Shown piece after piece: positions 8,358 to 17,458 of a stretch of 64,000 bases of DNA. The notes beneath the pieces are model-generated. The model searched no databases. It had not been told where the DNA came from and saw nothing but the letters and a program-made list of their open reading frames with translations. The translations under genes were made by a program, and so were the position numbers. The DNA comes from an uncultured Mollicutes bacterium (lineage in GTDB: Bacteria; Bacillota_I; Bacilli_A; RFN20; CAG-826). Numbering within the stretch: position 1 is the stretch's first letter; each line of letters opens with the position of its first letter. The DNA is taken from NCBI GenBank assembly GCA_900540395.1, contig UQFQ01000002.1, positions 6,684-70,683 on the forward strand, given 5' to 3'.

Positions 8358-8489
8358 TCAAGATTTTAAATTAAGTTCATATATAAAAAACTTTTCTCGT
8401 TTTTTATAGCGGAGATAATTGATATAATTTCAAAGATTTAAAATAATAAAGCGAGATTTGATATAATCTTTTTAAGGAGTTTTTGACTT

Positions 8490-9590
8490 ATGTATGATTA
8501 TTTAATTGTTGGTAGTGGTTTATATGGAGCAATAGTTGCTCGTGAACTTAAAAATGCCGGCTATAAAGTTTTGATAATTGAAAAAAGAAACCATATTGCA
8601 GGTAATGTTTATACAGAAAAAAGAGACAATATAAACGTCCACGTTTATGGTGCCCATATTTTCCATACAAGTGATGAAAAAGTCTGGAATTATGTAAATA
8701 AGTATGCAAAATTCAATGATTTTATTAATTCTCCATTAGCTTACTACAAGGGCGAATATTACCATATGCCTTTTAATATGAATACATTCCATGAAATTTG
8801 GGGTGTCAATACTGCCGAAGAAGCTAAAGCTAAAATCGAAGAAGAAAAGGCTAAAGAAAATATTAAAGAAATTACTAATTTAGAAGAGCAAGCCATTTCT
8901 CTTGTAGGTCGAACAATTTATGAAAGACTAGTTAAAGGTTATACGGAAAAACAATGGGGAAGAGACTGTAAAGATTTACCATCCTTTATTATTAAAAGAT
9001 TGCCTTTAAGATTTGAATATAATAACAATTACTTTAATGATATATATCAAGGTATACCAATTGGTGGTTATACAAAGCTTGTTGAAAATATCATTGGTGA
9101 TATCGAAGTAAAATTAAATGAAGATTACTTAAAGAATAAGGATTACTGGAACAAACAAGCTAAAAATATTATTTATACTGGTGCAATTGATGAATTTTAT
9201 GATTATAAGTTTGGTGAACTTGAATATCGTTCACTTAAATTTGAAGTTGAACGCATCGAAAAAGAATTTTATCAAAAAAATTGTGTTATAAATTACACCG
9301 AAAGAGAAGTTCCTTATACTCGAATTATTGAACATAAATATTTTGAAAACGATCAATCACCTGTAACTTGGATTACGAAAGAATATCCATCTGACTACAA
9401 AAAAGGTATGGAAAAATTCTACCCAGTTAATGATGAAAAGAATAATTCTTTATATAAGCAATATGAAGAATTAGCTGCAAAAGAAAATAACATCATCTTT
9501 GGCGGTCGACTTGGGAAATATAAATATTACGATATGGATGATGTTATCGCTGAAGCTTTAAAAGATAGTGAAATCATCTTAAATAAATAA
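8490..9590 (+). CDS. glf: UDP-galactopyranose mutase
   Basis: MYDYLIVGSGLYGAIVARELKNAGYKVLIIEKRNHIAGNVYTE is an FAD-binding N-terminus, and the length is typical of Glf. AAGGAG lies upstream. Confidence 0.9.
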   Translation: MYDYLIVGSGLYGAIVARELKNAGYKVLIIEKRNHIAGNVYTEKRDNINVHVYGAHIFHTSDEKVWNYVNKYAKFNDFINSPLAYYKGEYYHMPFNMNTFHEIWGVNTAEEAKAKIEEEKAKENIKEITNLEEQAISLVGRTIYERLVKGYTEKQWGRDCKDLPSFIIKRLPLRFEYNNNYFNDIYQGIPIGGYTKLVENIIGDIEVKLNEDYLKNKDYWNKQAKNIIYTGAIDEFYDYKFGELEYRSLKFEVERIEKEFYQKNCVINYTEREVPYTRIIEHKYFENDQSPVTWITKEYPSDYKKGMEKFYPVNDEKNNSLYKQYEELAAKENNIIFGGRLGKYKYYDMDDVIAEALKDSEIILNK

Positions 9591-9724
9591 CTGTTATATA
9601 AATAAATATATTCTAAAAACAATTATAAATTTTAAAAACACTGCAAAACTTAAGTATTTTTAAAAATAAACTAAATTTAGAAGGTTATTTAATTACTTAA
9701 ACTAGACTTAATAAAGGAAACAAA

Positions 9725-10675
9725 ATGACTTATTTAATAACTGGAGGAGCTGGCTTTATAGGCACAAATTATTGTCTTTATTTTCTTGAAAAAGAAAATC
9801 ATAAAGACGATGTTTTAGTTGTGATTGACAAAATGAGCTATGCCTCTAATCAAGTTATTAAAAGCATGAGTGATGGAAAAAAGATTATTTTCATTCAAGA
9901 AGATTTAACTAAATATAGTAAAGTGAATCAAATATTTAAAAAGTTTCATTTTGATTATGTGATTAACTTTGCTGCTGAAAGTCATGTTGATAGAAGTATA
10001 AGTAAACCTGAACTCTTTATTAAAAATAATATTGATTTAACACTGAACCTTTTAAAGCTTTCTTTAAAGTATAAAGTGAAGAGATTTCATCAAGTTTCAA
10101 CAGATGAAGTCTATGGTGCAACTAGTTTATCTTCTTCATATCGCTTTAAAGAAAGCGATAACCTCTTGCCGACTAATCCATATAGTGTTTCAAAAGCTAG
10201 TTGTGATTTATTGGTTTTATCTTTTTATAAAACTTATGGATTAAATGTAACTCTATCTCGCTCATCAAATAACTTTGGTTTATATCAACATCACGAAAAA
10301 CTCATTCCACTAGTTATAAAAAAAGCGATGAATAACGAATATATTCCTGTTTATGGTGATGGTAAAAATATCAGAGATTGGATTGATGTTAAAGATCATG
10401 TTTATGCTATAGATGAAATCGTTTTAAAAGGGGAAGAAGGAGAAATTTATAACGTTTCTTCTCACAATGAATATTCTAATCTTGAAATTGTTAAATTTAT
10501 CCTTTCTATTTTAAATAAAGATGAAAACTTAATTAAGTTTGTTAAAGATAGAAAAGGTCATGACGCTCGTTACGCTTTAGATACATCAAAATTAAATAAT
10601 GAACTCAAAATATCATTTTCTAAAAGTGACTTTTTTGAAAAACTAAAAGAATACGTTTTAAAAGTAGTCAATTAA
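9725..10675 (+). CDS. rfbB: dTDP-glucose 4,6-dehydratase
   Basis: Motifs present are GGAGFIGTN, DKMSYASN, FAAESHVDRSI, STDEVYG, NPYSVSKAS (YxxxK), SSNNFG..EKLIP and GDGKNIRDW. Confidence 0.85.
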   Translation: MTYLITGGAGFIGTNYCLYFLEKENHKDDVLVVIDKMSYASNQVIKSMSDGKKIIFIQEDLTKYSKVNQIFKKFHFDYVINFAAESHVDRSISKPELFIKNNIDLTLNLLKLSLKYKVKRFHQVSTDEVYGATSLSSSYRFKESDNLLPTNPYSVSKASCDLLVLSFYKTYGLNVTLSRSSNNFGLYQHHEKLIPLVIKKAMNNEYIPVYGDGKNIRDWIDVKDHVYAIDEIVLKGEEGEIYNVSSHNEYSNLEIVKFILSILNKDENLIKFVKDRKGHDARYALDTSKLNNELKISFSKSDFFEKLKEYVLKVVN

Positions 10676-10732
10676 AAATTCTTTTAAATTTTCTTTAATA
10701 AACTCCTTTATATTTATGAAAGGAGTTTTAAT

Positions 10733-11542
10733 TTGGAAGAAGTAAATATAAAAGAAATTGTATCTTATTTTGATAAAGGTTTTTTAAAAGAGATATTAGG
10801 TATTGATAAAGAGAGTTTAAATCTAAAAGAAATTGAAAAGAAGCTAATAGATGTTTTAAATATTTCATCTTTAAAAGAGTTAAAAAAAGAAAGACTATTT
10901 GTTAAATGCAAAAGACTAAATAGAGGCGATGTTAAAATTAAAGAAATAATTTTAAGAAATGCTTGGATTGCTTTAGCTATTGAACTTTCAAGAAAACAAA
11001 AATGTATTGAATTCAACGAAAACGCCTTCAAAAACTCAATTAATTTGTTAAAAAGATATTCTCACGTAAGAGGAGGCCCTTTAATTGAAAATTTAAAAAG
11101 AACACTAAATAAATGTGGAGTGAAGTTTATTGTTTTGCCTTATTTAAAAGAATCTAAGATAAGAGGATTTACAAAATATTTAAAAGAAGAAAAATGCTAT
11201 TTAATTGCAATTAATGATTGTGGAAAAGCGTTAGATAAATTTTATTTCACTTTGTTTCATGAAATAAGTCACATCTTAATAAGTAAGAAAAAAACAAATT
11301 TTACTATTAATAAAGATGATGAGGAGGAAGAGGAAGTTGATAAGTTAGCAACTGACATTTTAATCGATCCTGATTTATATAACCGTTTTGTTAATAGAAA
11401 ATGTTTTAATTTAACTTCGATTCTTTTCTTTGCTCGTCAAAATAACGTTGATCAATCAATTGTTATAGGAAGACTACAGAAAGATGGATTTATCCCTTAT
11501 TCGTACTTTAACAAATATAAAAAGAAGACTTATCGGATATAA
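10733..11542 (+). CDS. ImmA/IrrE-family (COG2856-like) zinc metallopeptidase domain protein
   Basis: It has the HExxH motif FTLFHEISHIL in the C-terminal half. AAAGGAG lies 7 nt before the TTG start. No adjacent XRE partner gene is present. Confidence 0.55.
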   Translation: MEEVNIKEIVSYFDKGFLKEILGIDKESLNLKEIEKKLIDVLNISSLKELKKERLFVKCKRLNRGDVKIKEIILRNAWIALAIELSRKQKCIEFNENAFKNSINLLKRYSHVRGGPLIENLKRTLNKCGVKFIVLPYLKESKIRGFTKYLKEEKCYLIAINDCGKALDKFYFTLFHEISHILISKKKTNFTINKDDEEEEEVDKLATDILIDPDLYNRFVNRKCFNLTSILFFARQNNVDQSIVIGRLQKDGFIPYSYFNKYKKKTYRI

Positions 11543-11671
11543 AGAAATCATAGTTTACCGAGTAAATTAAATATTTATATTTAATATTTTTATATTTTTT
11601 TCATTATTTTTAATGTAATTTCACATCAAAAAAAGTCAAAAATTCAAGTTTAGTAGTGTAAAATAGTAGCG

Positions 11672-12316
11672 ATGAACGAAAAACTTGATGAACTTGTCAA
11701 ATATCTTAGTCAATTAAGTGCTTATAAGCTCCCTGATTATGAATCAATACCAGATGGAGTTAAGATGGAAGAAAGCATCAATTTTATTAACGGCGTTTTA
11801 TCTTCTTTTGATACAAAGGGAGAGAATCGTGTTACAAATTATATGATTAATAATTATGTTAAAGCTAAAATTATCTCTTCTCCAAAAGATAAAACTTATT
11901 CAAGAGAGCAAATAGCTTATACCATTTTTATTAGTTTACTTAAAAACTGTTCATCTTTAAGAAATATTGCTTCTTTAATTGCAATTGATGAAGACTATAT
12001 CGAAGATAAAAATGATCTTTATAACTTTTACCGTAACTTACAAGAAAGTGCTGATAAAGAAGTTGCTAAAGAAGCGAGTGAGATTTCAAAAAAAGCAGCG
12101 TTAATGGAAGATCAAAAACAAGTGACTTTACGTTTAGCATATACTGCTTTAAAACTTTATGTTAAAAGCAACACTGAAAAATTAGTTGCTGATAATATTA
12201 TGAGTTTAATTAGTGATTCAATTTTACCTTCACTTTCTATGAAGGATGATAAGAAAGAAAAAGTATTAGAGAAAAAGATACTTGATAATGAGGCTAAATT
12301 ATTAAGTAAGAGATAA
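11672..12316 (+). CDS. DUF1836-family protein
   Basis: TNYMINNYVKAKIISSPKDKTYSREQIAYTIFISLLKN fits my memory of the DUF1836 core motif. Confidence 0.5.
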   Translation: MNEKLDELVKYLSQLSAYKLPDYESIPDGVKMEESINFINGVLSSFDTKGENRVTNYMINNYVKAKIISSPKDKTYSREQIAYTIFISLLKNCSSLRNIASLIAIDEDYIEDKNDLYNFYRNLQESADKEVAKEASEISKKAALMEDQKQVTLRLAYTALKLYVKSNTEKLVADNIMSLISDSILPSLSMKDDKKEKVLEKKILDNEAKLLSKR

Positions 12317-12332
12317 TGGAGGATAAGTTTTT

Positions 12333-13385
12333 ATGAAAGTATTAGTTACAGGTGGATTAGGTTTTATTGGGAGTCATACGGTTGTATCTTTAATTGAAAA
12401 TGGATATGACGTTGTTATTGTTGATAACCTTTATAACGCTAAAATGGAAGCTTTAGATGGAATTGAAAAAATAACTCACGTTAGACCAAAATTCTATAAA
12501 TTAGATTGTGCTGATGTTGAAGCAATGGATAAGCTTTTTAAAGAAGAAAAATTTGACGCTATTATTAACTTTGCTGGATATAAAGCAGTTGGTGAAAGTG
12601 TTAAAAAACCATTAATGTATTATCAAAACAATCTTGATATTTGCTTTGCTTTATTTAGAGCTATGGAAAAATATGATGTTAGAAATTTTGTTTTCTCATC
12701 TAGTGCAACTGTTTATGGTTTACCAGATAGAGTCCCATTAACAGAAGATGCTCCTGTAAAAAGTGCTACGTCTCCATATGGCGAAACAAAAGTTATGATT
12801 GAAAGAATTTTAGAAGATATGGCTTTTGTTCATAAAGATTGGAATATTGCTATTTTAAGATACTTTAATCCAATTGGCGCACATAAATCAGGTTTACTTG
12901 GTGAAGATCCTAATGGAATTCCAAATAACCTTCTCCCATATATCAACAAAGTTGCTGTTGGTGTATTAAAAGAAGTAAGTGTTTACGGAAATGATTATGA
13001 AACAGTTGATGGAACAGGTGTTAGAGATTATATCCACGTTTGTGATTTAGCTAGAGGTCACGTTCTTGCTTTAAGAAGACTTGAAGCTAATCCAGGACTT
13101 GTAATTTATAATCTTGGAACTGGTAAAGGAACTTCAGTTTTAGAAATTATTAAAGCTTATGAAAAAGCCACTGGAGTTAAAATTCCATATAAATTTGCTC
13201 CTAGAAGAGATGGAGACGTCCCAATCAACTTTGCTGCAACCGATAAAGCTGAAGAAGAACTTGGATTTAAATGTGAATTTAACATCGAAGATGCTTGTAG
13301 AGATGGCTATAATTTCCAAAAAGCTGAGTTAGCTAGACAAAAAGCAGCTGAAGAAAAAGCTAAAGCTAAAAGCAAAACTCTTTAA
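12333..13385 (+). CDS. galE: UDP-glucose 4-epimerase
   Basis: Motifs present are GGLGFIGSH, SSSATVYG, YGETK (YxxxK) and RYFNPIGAH. There is a short Lys/Ala-rich C-terminal tail. Confidence 0.9.
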   Translation: MKVLVTGGLGFIGSHTVVSLIENGYDVVIVDNLYNAKMEALDGIEKITHVRPKFYKLDCADVEAMDKLFKEEKFDAIINFAGYKAVGESVKKPLMYYQNNLDICFALFRAMEKYDVRNFVFSSSATVYGLPDRVPLTEDAPVKSATSPYGETKVMIERILEDMAFVHKDWNIAILRYFNPIGAHKSGLLGEDPNGIPNNLLPYINKVAVGVLKEVSVYGNDYETVDGTGVRDYIHVCDLARGHVLALRRLEANPGLVIYNLGTGKGTSVLEIIKAYEKATGVKIPYKFAPRRDGDVPINFAATDKAEEELGFKCEFNIEDACRDGYNFQKAELARQKAAEEKAKAKSKTL

Positions 13386-13396
13386 TTTATAACATT

Positions 13397-13427
13397 GGAA
13401 CTAGTGGTAATCGCTAGTTCCTTTTCT
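13397..13427 (+). terminator. Rho-independent terminator of galE
   Basis: GGAACTAG-tggtaatcg-CTAGTTCC is followed by TTTTC. Confidence 0.75.
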
Positions 13428-13495
13428 TATAGATTAATTTATCTGGACAAATTATTGGGACTTTATCTAGACAAATTTTGTCTCCAGATAAAAAT

Positions 13496-14875
13496 TTAAC
13501 GATAAATATCGTCAGAATTTATTAATATTAAATCTTTGTTTTCTTTTAATTTTTCATCAAATCCATTTAAGGAAGCAAATCCGTATTTATAGACATTAAA
13601 AGGTAAACCTTTCCATTGATTGATTTCTTCATTAATGTCGTTTTCATTTAATGGACGACTAAAAAATTTACACTCAATAGGAATAAAACCTTTAGCTGTT
13701 TCTAAAACTAAATCAAATTCTCTATTGATATATTCTTTTCTTTGCTTTGCATTATAAATTAGACGACCCGCATTAAAAAATAGTGGTAATTCAACTGAAT
13801 TTTTTCTTATGGCATATTCTTTAATTATTTCTTCAAACTTTCTAGGTAAGTATTGCTTTAAGAATTTTTCTTTTACAACTTTTTCGTAAAATAAGTGTGA
13901 ATTCATTAATTGTCTTGTGCTTTGATGTTTAAAGACAAAACTATAATAGAAATCTAAAAGGTTGTTTTTAATATAGTAAATTGGTTTCTTATTAAACTTA
14001 TCATTAACCATATAGGATTTTCCAATAATACCCATTTCCTCTAGCTTGGCTAAATATCTAGAAATGTTATCTTTCGATTTATCGCCAAGTAAATCGTTTA
14101 ATTCTTTAAATTTAGTCTTGCCATTTGCTATTAATTCTAAAATCGCGTTTACTTTTTCTTCTTTTTGAATTTCACTTGCAATTACATTTATGGCTTCTTT
14201 TTCAAAAAAAGAATCGTTTTCTAAAAATCGTGTGATTAAATTTTCTTCAAAAGGAACGGAATAATCTATATTTAATATATTAAAAGCAGTACCACCAAAA
14301 GTTGCATAGTATTTGATTTTATCAATAGTTGGCAAAGTTGGATAAAACCTAGAAGAATCAAAATAATTGAATTCTTTTAACAAAATAATCTCGTTAAATC
14401 TTCCATATAATGGAGCTTTTATATCTACAATCCTTTTCATTATATCAACATAAGAACCGCATAAAATAAGAGTTAACTTAGCGTCTTTTGAGTGAAATTC
14501 GATAGCTTTTTGAAGAGAAGAGTCGATGAGATCATCGTCTTGTTTTAAAAAAGAGTACTCGTCGATAAATAAAATGAAAGGATGAATTTTGCTATATTCA
14601 AATAATGATGAGAAAAAATCATAATAGTTTTCAGCCTTGAAGCCAATTATATTCATGAATTTAGACGCCTCGCTATTAAAATCAGTTAGATTAATCTGCG
14701 AGGTTGTTTTTCTTGCCAAAAGAGATAAACAAGGTTTTTTACACTCTCTTATTGCCTGGTTAATTAATTCTGTCTTGCCGACTCTTCTACGACCATAAAC
14801 TAATACAGCTTTAAATGAGTCTAATTGAAATGTGCTATTTATTCTTTTTAATTCATTTTCTCTACCTATAAACAT
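13496..14875 (-). CDS. AAA ATPase of the archaeal-ATPase/DUF234 type
   Basis: It has Walker A YGRRRVGKTELI, Walker B ILFIDEYSF, and a C-terminal REFDLVLETAKGFIPIECKF nuclease-like DUF234 signature. Confidence 0.75.
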   Translation of the reverse strand: MFIGRENELKRINSTFQLDSFKAVLVYGRRRVGKTELINQAIRECKKPCLSLLARKTTSQINLTDFNSEASKFMNIIGFKAENYYDFFSSLFEYSKIHPFILFIDEYSFLKQDDDLIDSSLQKAIEFHSKDAKLTLILCGSYVDIMKRIVDIKAPLYGRFNEIILLKEFNYFDSSRFYPTLPTIDKIKYYATFGGTAFNILNIDYSVPFEENLITRFLENDSFFEKEAINVIASEIQKEEKVNAILELIANGKTKFKELNDLLGDKSKDNISRYLAKLEEMGIIGKSYMVNDKFNKKPIYYIKNNLLDFYYSFVFKHQSTRQLMNSHLFYEKVVKEKFLKQYLPRKFEEIIKEYAIRKNSVELPLFFNAGRLIYNAKQRKEYINREFDLVLETAKGFIPIECKFFSRPLNENDINEEINQWKGLPFNVYKYGFASLNGFDEKLKENKDLILINSDDIYR

Positions 14876-14948
14876 GTTTACATTATAACCTATTTCATTC
14901 TAGCCTACAATAAAATAGGTTAATTATTATTTTCTTTTTTGTGTGTAA

Positions 14949-15233
14949 TTATATTTCTAATTTAGCTATATAGTTATACTCATCATCTTTCTTTAAGAAT
15001 CCAAGCATATAAATTGGTAAATAAGTTATTTCATTTTTAACTTCCAGATTATTAGTACTTAAAACATAAGGAGTAGTTAAGTTAGCTGAATAAGCTGATA
15101 CCAATAATTTATTTAGCGAAGTATGTTTTTTATAATCACCTCCGTTTTTAACTTCAAGAGGAATTATTTTATTGTTTTTCTCGATTAAAAAAAATGATTT
15201 CTTTGATATTTTTGCTTCGACATCTATTTTCAT
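14949..15233 (-). pseudogene. 3' remnant (DUF4143-like C-terminal domain only) of another AAA ATPase gene
   Basis: The 94-aa ORF contains ...IIPLEVKNGGDYKKHTSLNKL..., which matches the C-terminal DUF4143 pattern. No Walker-motif part lies upstream. Confidence 0.5.
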
Positions 15234-15435
15234 ATTAAAAGACCAAGGAGTTTTGCAAATGACAGCAACTGAAATTGCCCCTTTTTACTAGGAAAAACGG
15301 GGCATTTTGCCCCGTTATTCTAAATATTTCGGGGCAGTTATTGTGTTTTGCAGTTACTACGTTTAAAGAAGCTTTTAAAAAAGTCTGTACAACTTTAGAA
15401 GTTCTAAGTTTGTATCAGACTTGTCATATAAATAT

Positions 15436-15512
15436 TGGCTGCCCCAGTTGGACTCGAACCAACACGGACCATGTTTCAGAGACATGTGACTTTACCATTT
15501 GTCTATGGGGCA
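15436..15512 (-). tRNA. tRNA-Gln (anticodon CUG)
   Basis: The reverse complement folds as a cloverleaf. The acceptor is TGCCCCA/TGGGGCA, the anticodon stem CATGT/ACATG with loop CTCTGAA (U33-CUG-A37), and the T arm GTTGG-TTCGAGT-CCAAC. The discriminator is G and CCA is encoded. Confidence 0.9.
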
Positions 15513-15667
15513 ATTGCGATTTGCTCATTTATTTTATATAAAAAGATACTCTTTTTCTAGATAATTAAACGTGTTCTACAAAGTTGTTAGGTAAAATTAA
15601 CACTTTTTATTGACGAATGAGCAAAAGTGATAAATACTTTAAATATAAAAGAAAAGGGGTTATAAAT

Positions 15668-16129
15668 ATGAAAACTGTAATTAAAGTATTTCTTTATTTA
15701 GGTATTATTCTTTTTGGGCTTAGTGCAGGAATAATGCTTATCACGTCGTTTATTGCGCTACCTGCATCATTGATTTATTTGCTTTATGTCTGTTTCTGCG
15801 CAATTCCAATTACTGTAGACGTTATTGCTCTTAAAAAGTTAGATAATTGTTCATCTAAATCAGAGCTTTTAGGAATTTCAATTTGCGTTTTGATCTTTGG
15901 TGGATTGATCGCTGGTATTTTAATGCTTTGTGCTAGTGAAGAAGATTTATGTGGTTATTCTAAAAAGGTAAGTAAAACTCCAGAAAGCACAACTAAAGAT
16001 AGTGACAAAACAGAAGATTTAGAAAAAGAATTAACTAAACTTAAAAAGTTAAAAGATAATGGAGACATTAGCGAAGAAGAATATGAAACTCTTCGTAAAA
16101 AGGCTTTAGATAAGTATTCTAATTTTTAA
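15668..16129 (+). CDS. Membrane protein with C-terminal SHOCT domain
   Basis: It has three hydrophobic helices followed by LKKLKDNGDISEEEYETLRKKAL (SHOCT pattern). AAGGGG lies 8 nt before ATG 15668, which is in frame with the track's start at 15617. Confidence 0.6.
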   Translation: MKTVIKVFLYLGIILFGLSAGIMLITSFIALPASLIYLLYVCFCAIPITVDVIALKKLDNCSSKSELLGISICVLIFGGLIAGILMLCASEEDLCGYSKKVSKTPESTTKDSDKTEDLEKELTKLKKLKDNGDISEEEYETLRKKALDKYSNF

Positions 16130-16168
16130 ATAAATCATTTTAAAAGTAGATATTAATTTTTGATTTTA

Positions 16169-16222
16169 ACTTAGATTTGTATGGTTTTTAAATAAATACC
16201 ATGGAATATCTAAGTTTTTTTC
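16169..16222 (+). terminator. Rho-independent terminator
   Basis: The stem ACTTAGAT...ATCTAAGT, with an inner ATGGT/ACCAT stem, is followed by TTTTTTT. Confidence 0.6.
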
Positions 16223-16257
16223 TTATCTTCATATTATTATTTTGTTAATCTATTTAT

Positions 16258-17205
16258 ATGAAAATTAAAGAAATTTATTCTAATTTTAAAAAGGAAGATA
16301 AGCTATTTAAGATAACTACAATCTGCTCGTTATCTATTAATTTAGTAATTGGTTTAGGTAAGTGGATCTTAGCTATTTTTAGTGGAGTTGTTTTCTTTGT
16401 AAGTGGCGTTGTAAATATTTTAATGGGACTAGCAAAACTTGTTTGTTACATTGGTTTAATGAATAGTGATATAGATTTTAAAAAGCGCAATTTGATTGTT
16501 TCAATTTTAGTTTTTGCTAGTGGCTTAGAATATTTCATTTATATGCTTAATGTTTACTTAGGCAATTTCAATTTGAGTAGTTATGAAACATCAATTGCTT
16601 TAATTATTGCTTTAGTTTCTTTTATTGAAATTGGTGTAGCTATAAGCGGATTAATTCGCTTAAAAGGACGTGGTCACTCTTTTAGAAACATCAAACTTAT
16701 TAATTTTGTTTTAGCACTTGAAGCTTTAGTTTTAACTGAAACGGCTATTCTTTCTTTTACTAGAAGTGATACTTTTGAAGTTTCATCATCTTTATTTGGC
16801 TTTATAGCCGGAATATTTGTAATGGTTTTATCAATATTTATGGTTTTTTCTCCATATATTACTATTGCTAATCAAGAAAAGAATGACTTTATATTAGTTA
16901 ATAAAGATAAAAACAATTTAGAAAAAGAAGGAGAACTCACTCTTTCTAAATCATTTATATATGGAGACTATGTTTATAAATATAAGTTAATTAATGAAGA
17001 AGAAGTGAGTGGAGAAATCACTAAAAAGAGTGGATTTTGGAAAAAAACACATATTCTTATTAAAATTCTTTTAATTATATTAAGCGAGATTTTAATCTTT
17101 GTTTGGCTTATTGGTCGCTTTATTTATTTTTTAAGATGTTCAACTTTAATTAAAAAGTTAAACAAGATTATGGAAGAAAACGGATTTAAGAAAGATAAGA
17201 ATTGA
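16258..17205 (+). CDS. Polytopic membrane protein, unknown function
   Basis: This 315-aa ORF has at least 6 hydrophobic segments. I recognise no family motif. Confidence 0.5.
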   Translation: MKIKEIYSNFKKEDKLFKITTICSLSINLVIGLGKWILAIFSGVVFFVSGVVNILMGLAKLVCYIGLMNSDIDFKKRNLIVSILVFASGLEYFIYMLNVYLGNFNLSSYETSIALIIALVSFIEIGVAISGLIRLKGRGHSFRNIKLINFVLALEALVLTETAILSFTRSDTFEVSSSLFGFIAGIFVMVLSIFMVFSPYITIANQEKNDFILVNKDKNNLEKEGELTLSKSFIYGDYVYKYKLINEEEVSGEITKKSGFWKKTHILIKILLIILSEILIFVWLIGRFIYFLRCSTLIKKLNKIMEENGFKKDKN

Positions 17206-17458
17206 TTATTTAAGAAACTAACTTAATAGAATAATTTTAGTGCGATAGAAGTCAGAGAAGATAAAAGTGCTTTTATTACTTTAGTGGTTTTATAACCCTA
17301 CTAAGGTTTATGAATATTGTGTATTATCTATAACTTCTAGTAGAAGATTTTTAAAGAGGAACTGAATTAGGCGTTAAAGGTTTGTTAGCTGTTATTTTTT
17401 AATAAAAAAGCAAGTATAGAACAATAAAAGCAAACACTCAATTTTAATTATTTGTAAA

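Noticed and set aside
6938-13492. Possible shared motif between the 23-bp repeats (GTCCAAAT) upstream of one AAA ATPase and the TCTGGACAAAT repeats beside the other
   Set aside because: Only CAAAT is common. The flanking bases differ and the positions differ (5' of one gene, 3' of the other). This is insufficient to claim a common site.
14887-14921. Inverted repeat AACCTATTT / AAATAGGTT upstream of the DUF234 ATPase as an operator
   Set aside because: It is a single 9-bp AT-rich inverted repeat with a 17-nt loop. It is plausible by chance in this composition and could equally be a decayed terminator of the truncated upstream gene.
15234-15435. Integrase att-site scars (duplicated tRNA-Gln 3' end) marking an island boundary
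   Set aside because: Only 6-7-nt GGGGCA/TGCCCC words match the acceptor stem, and they are in mixed orientation. No extended direct copy of the tRNA 3' half was found by eye to the left, and there is no integrase gene in the window.
15275-15541. 88-aa plus-strand ORF from the track
   Set aside because: It runs antisense straight through tRNA-Gln, has no SD and has an odd Cys/Thr-rich composition, so it is spurious.
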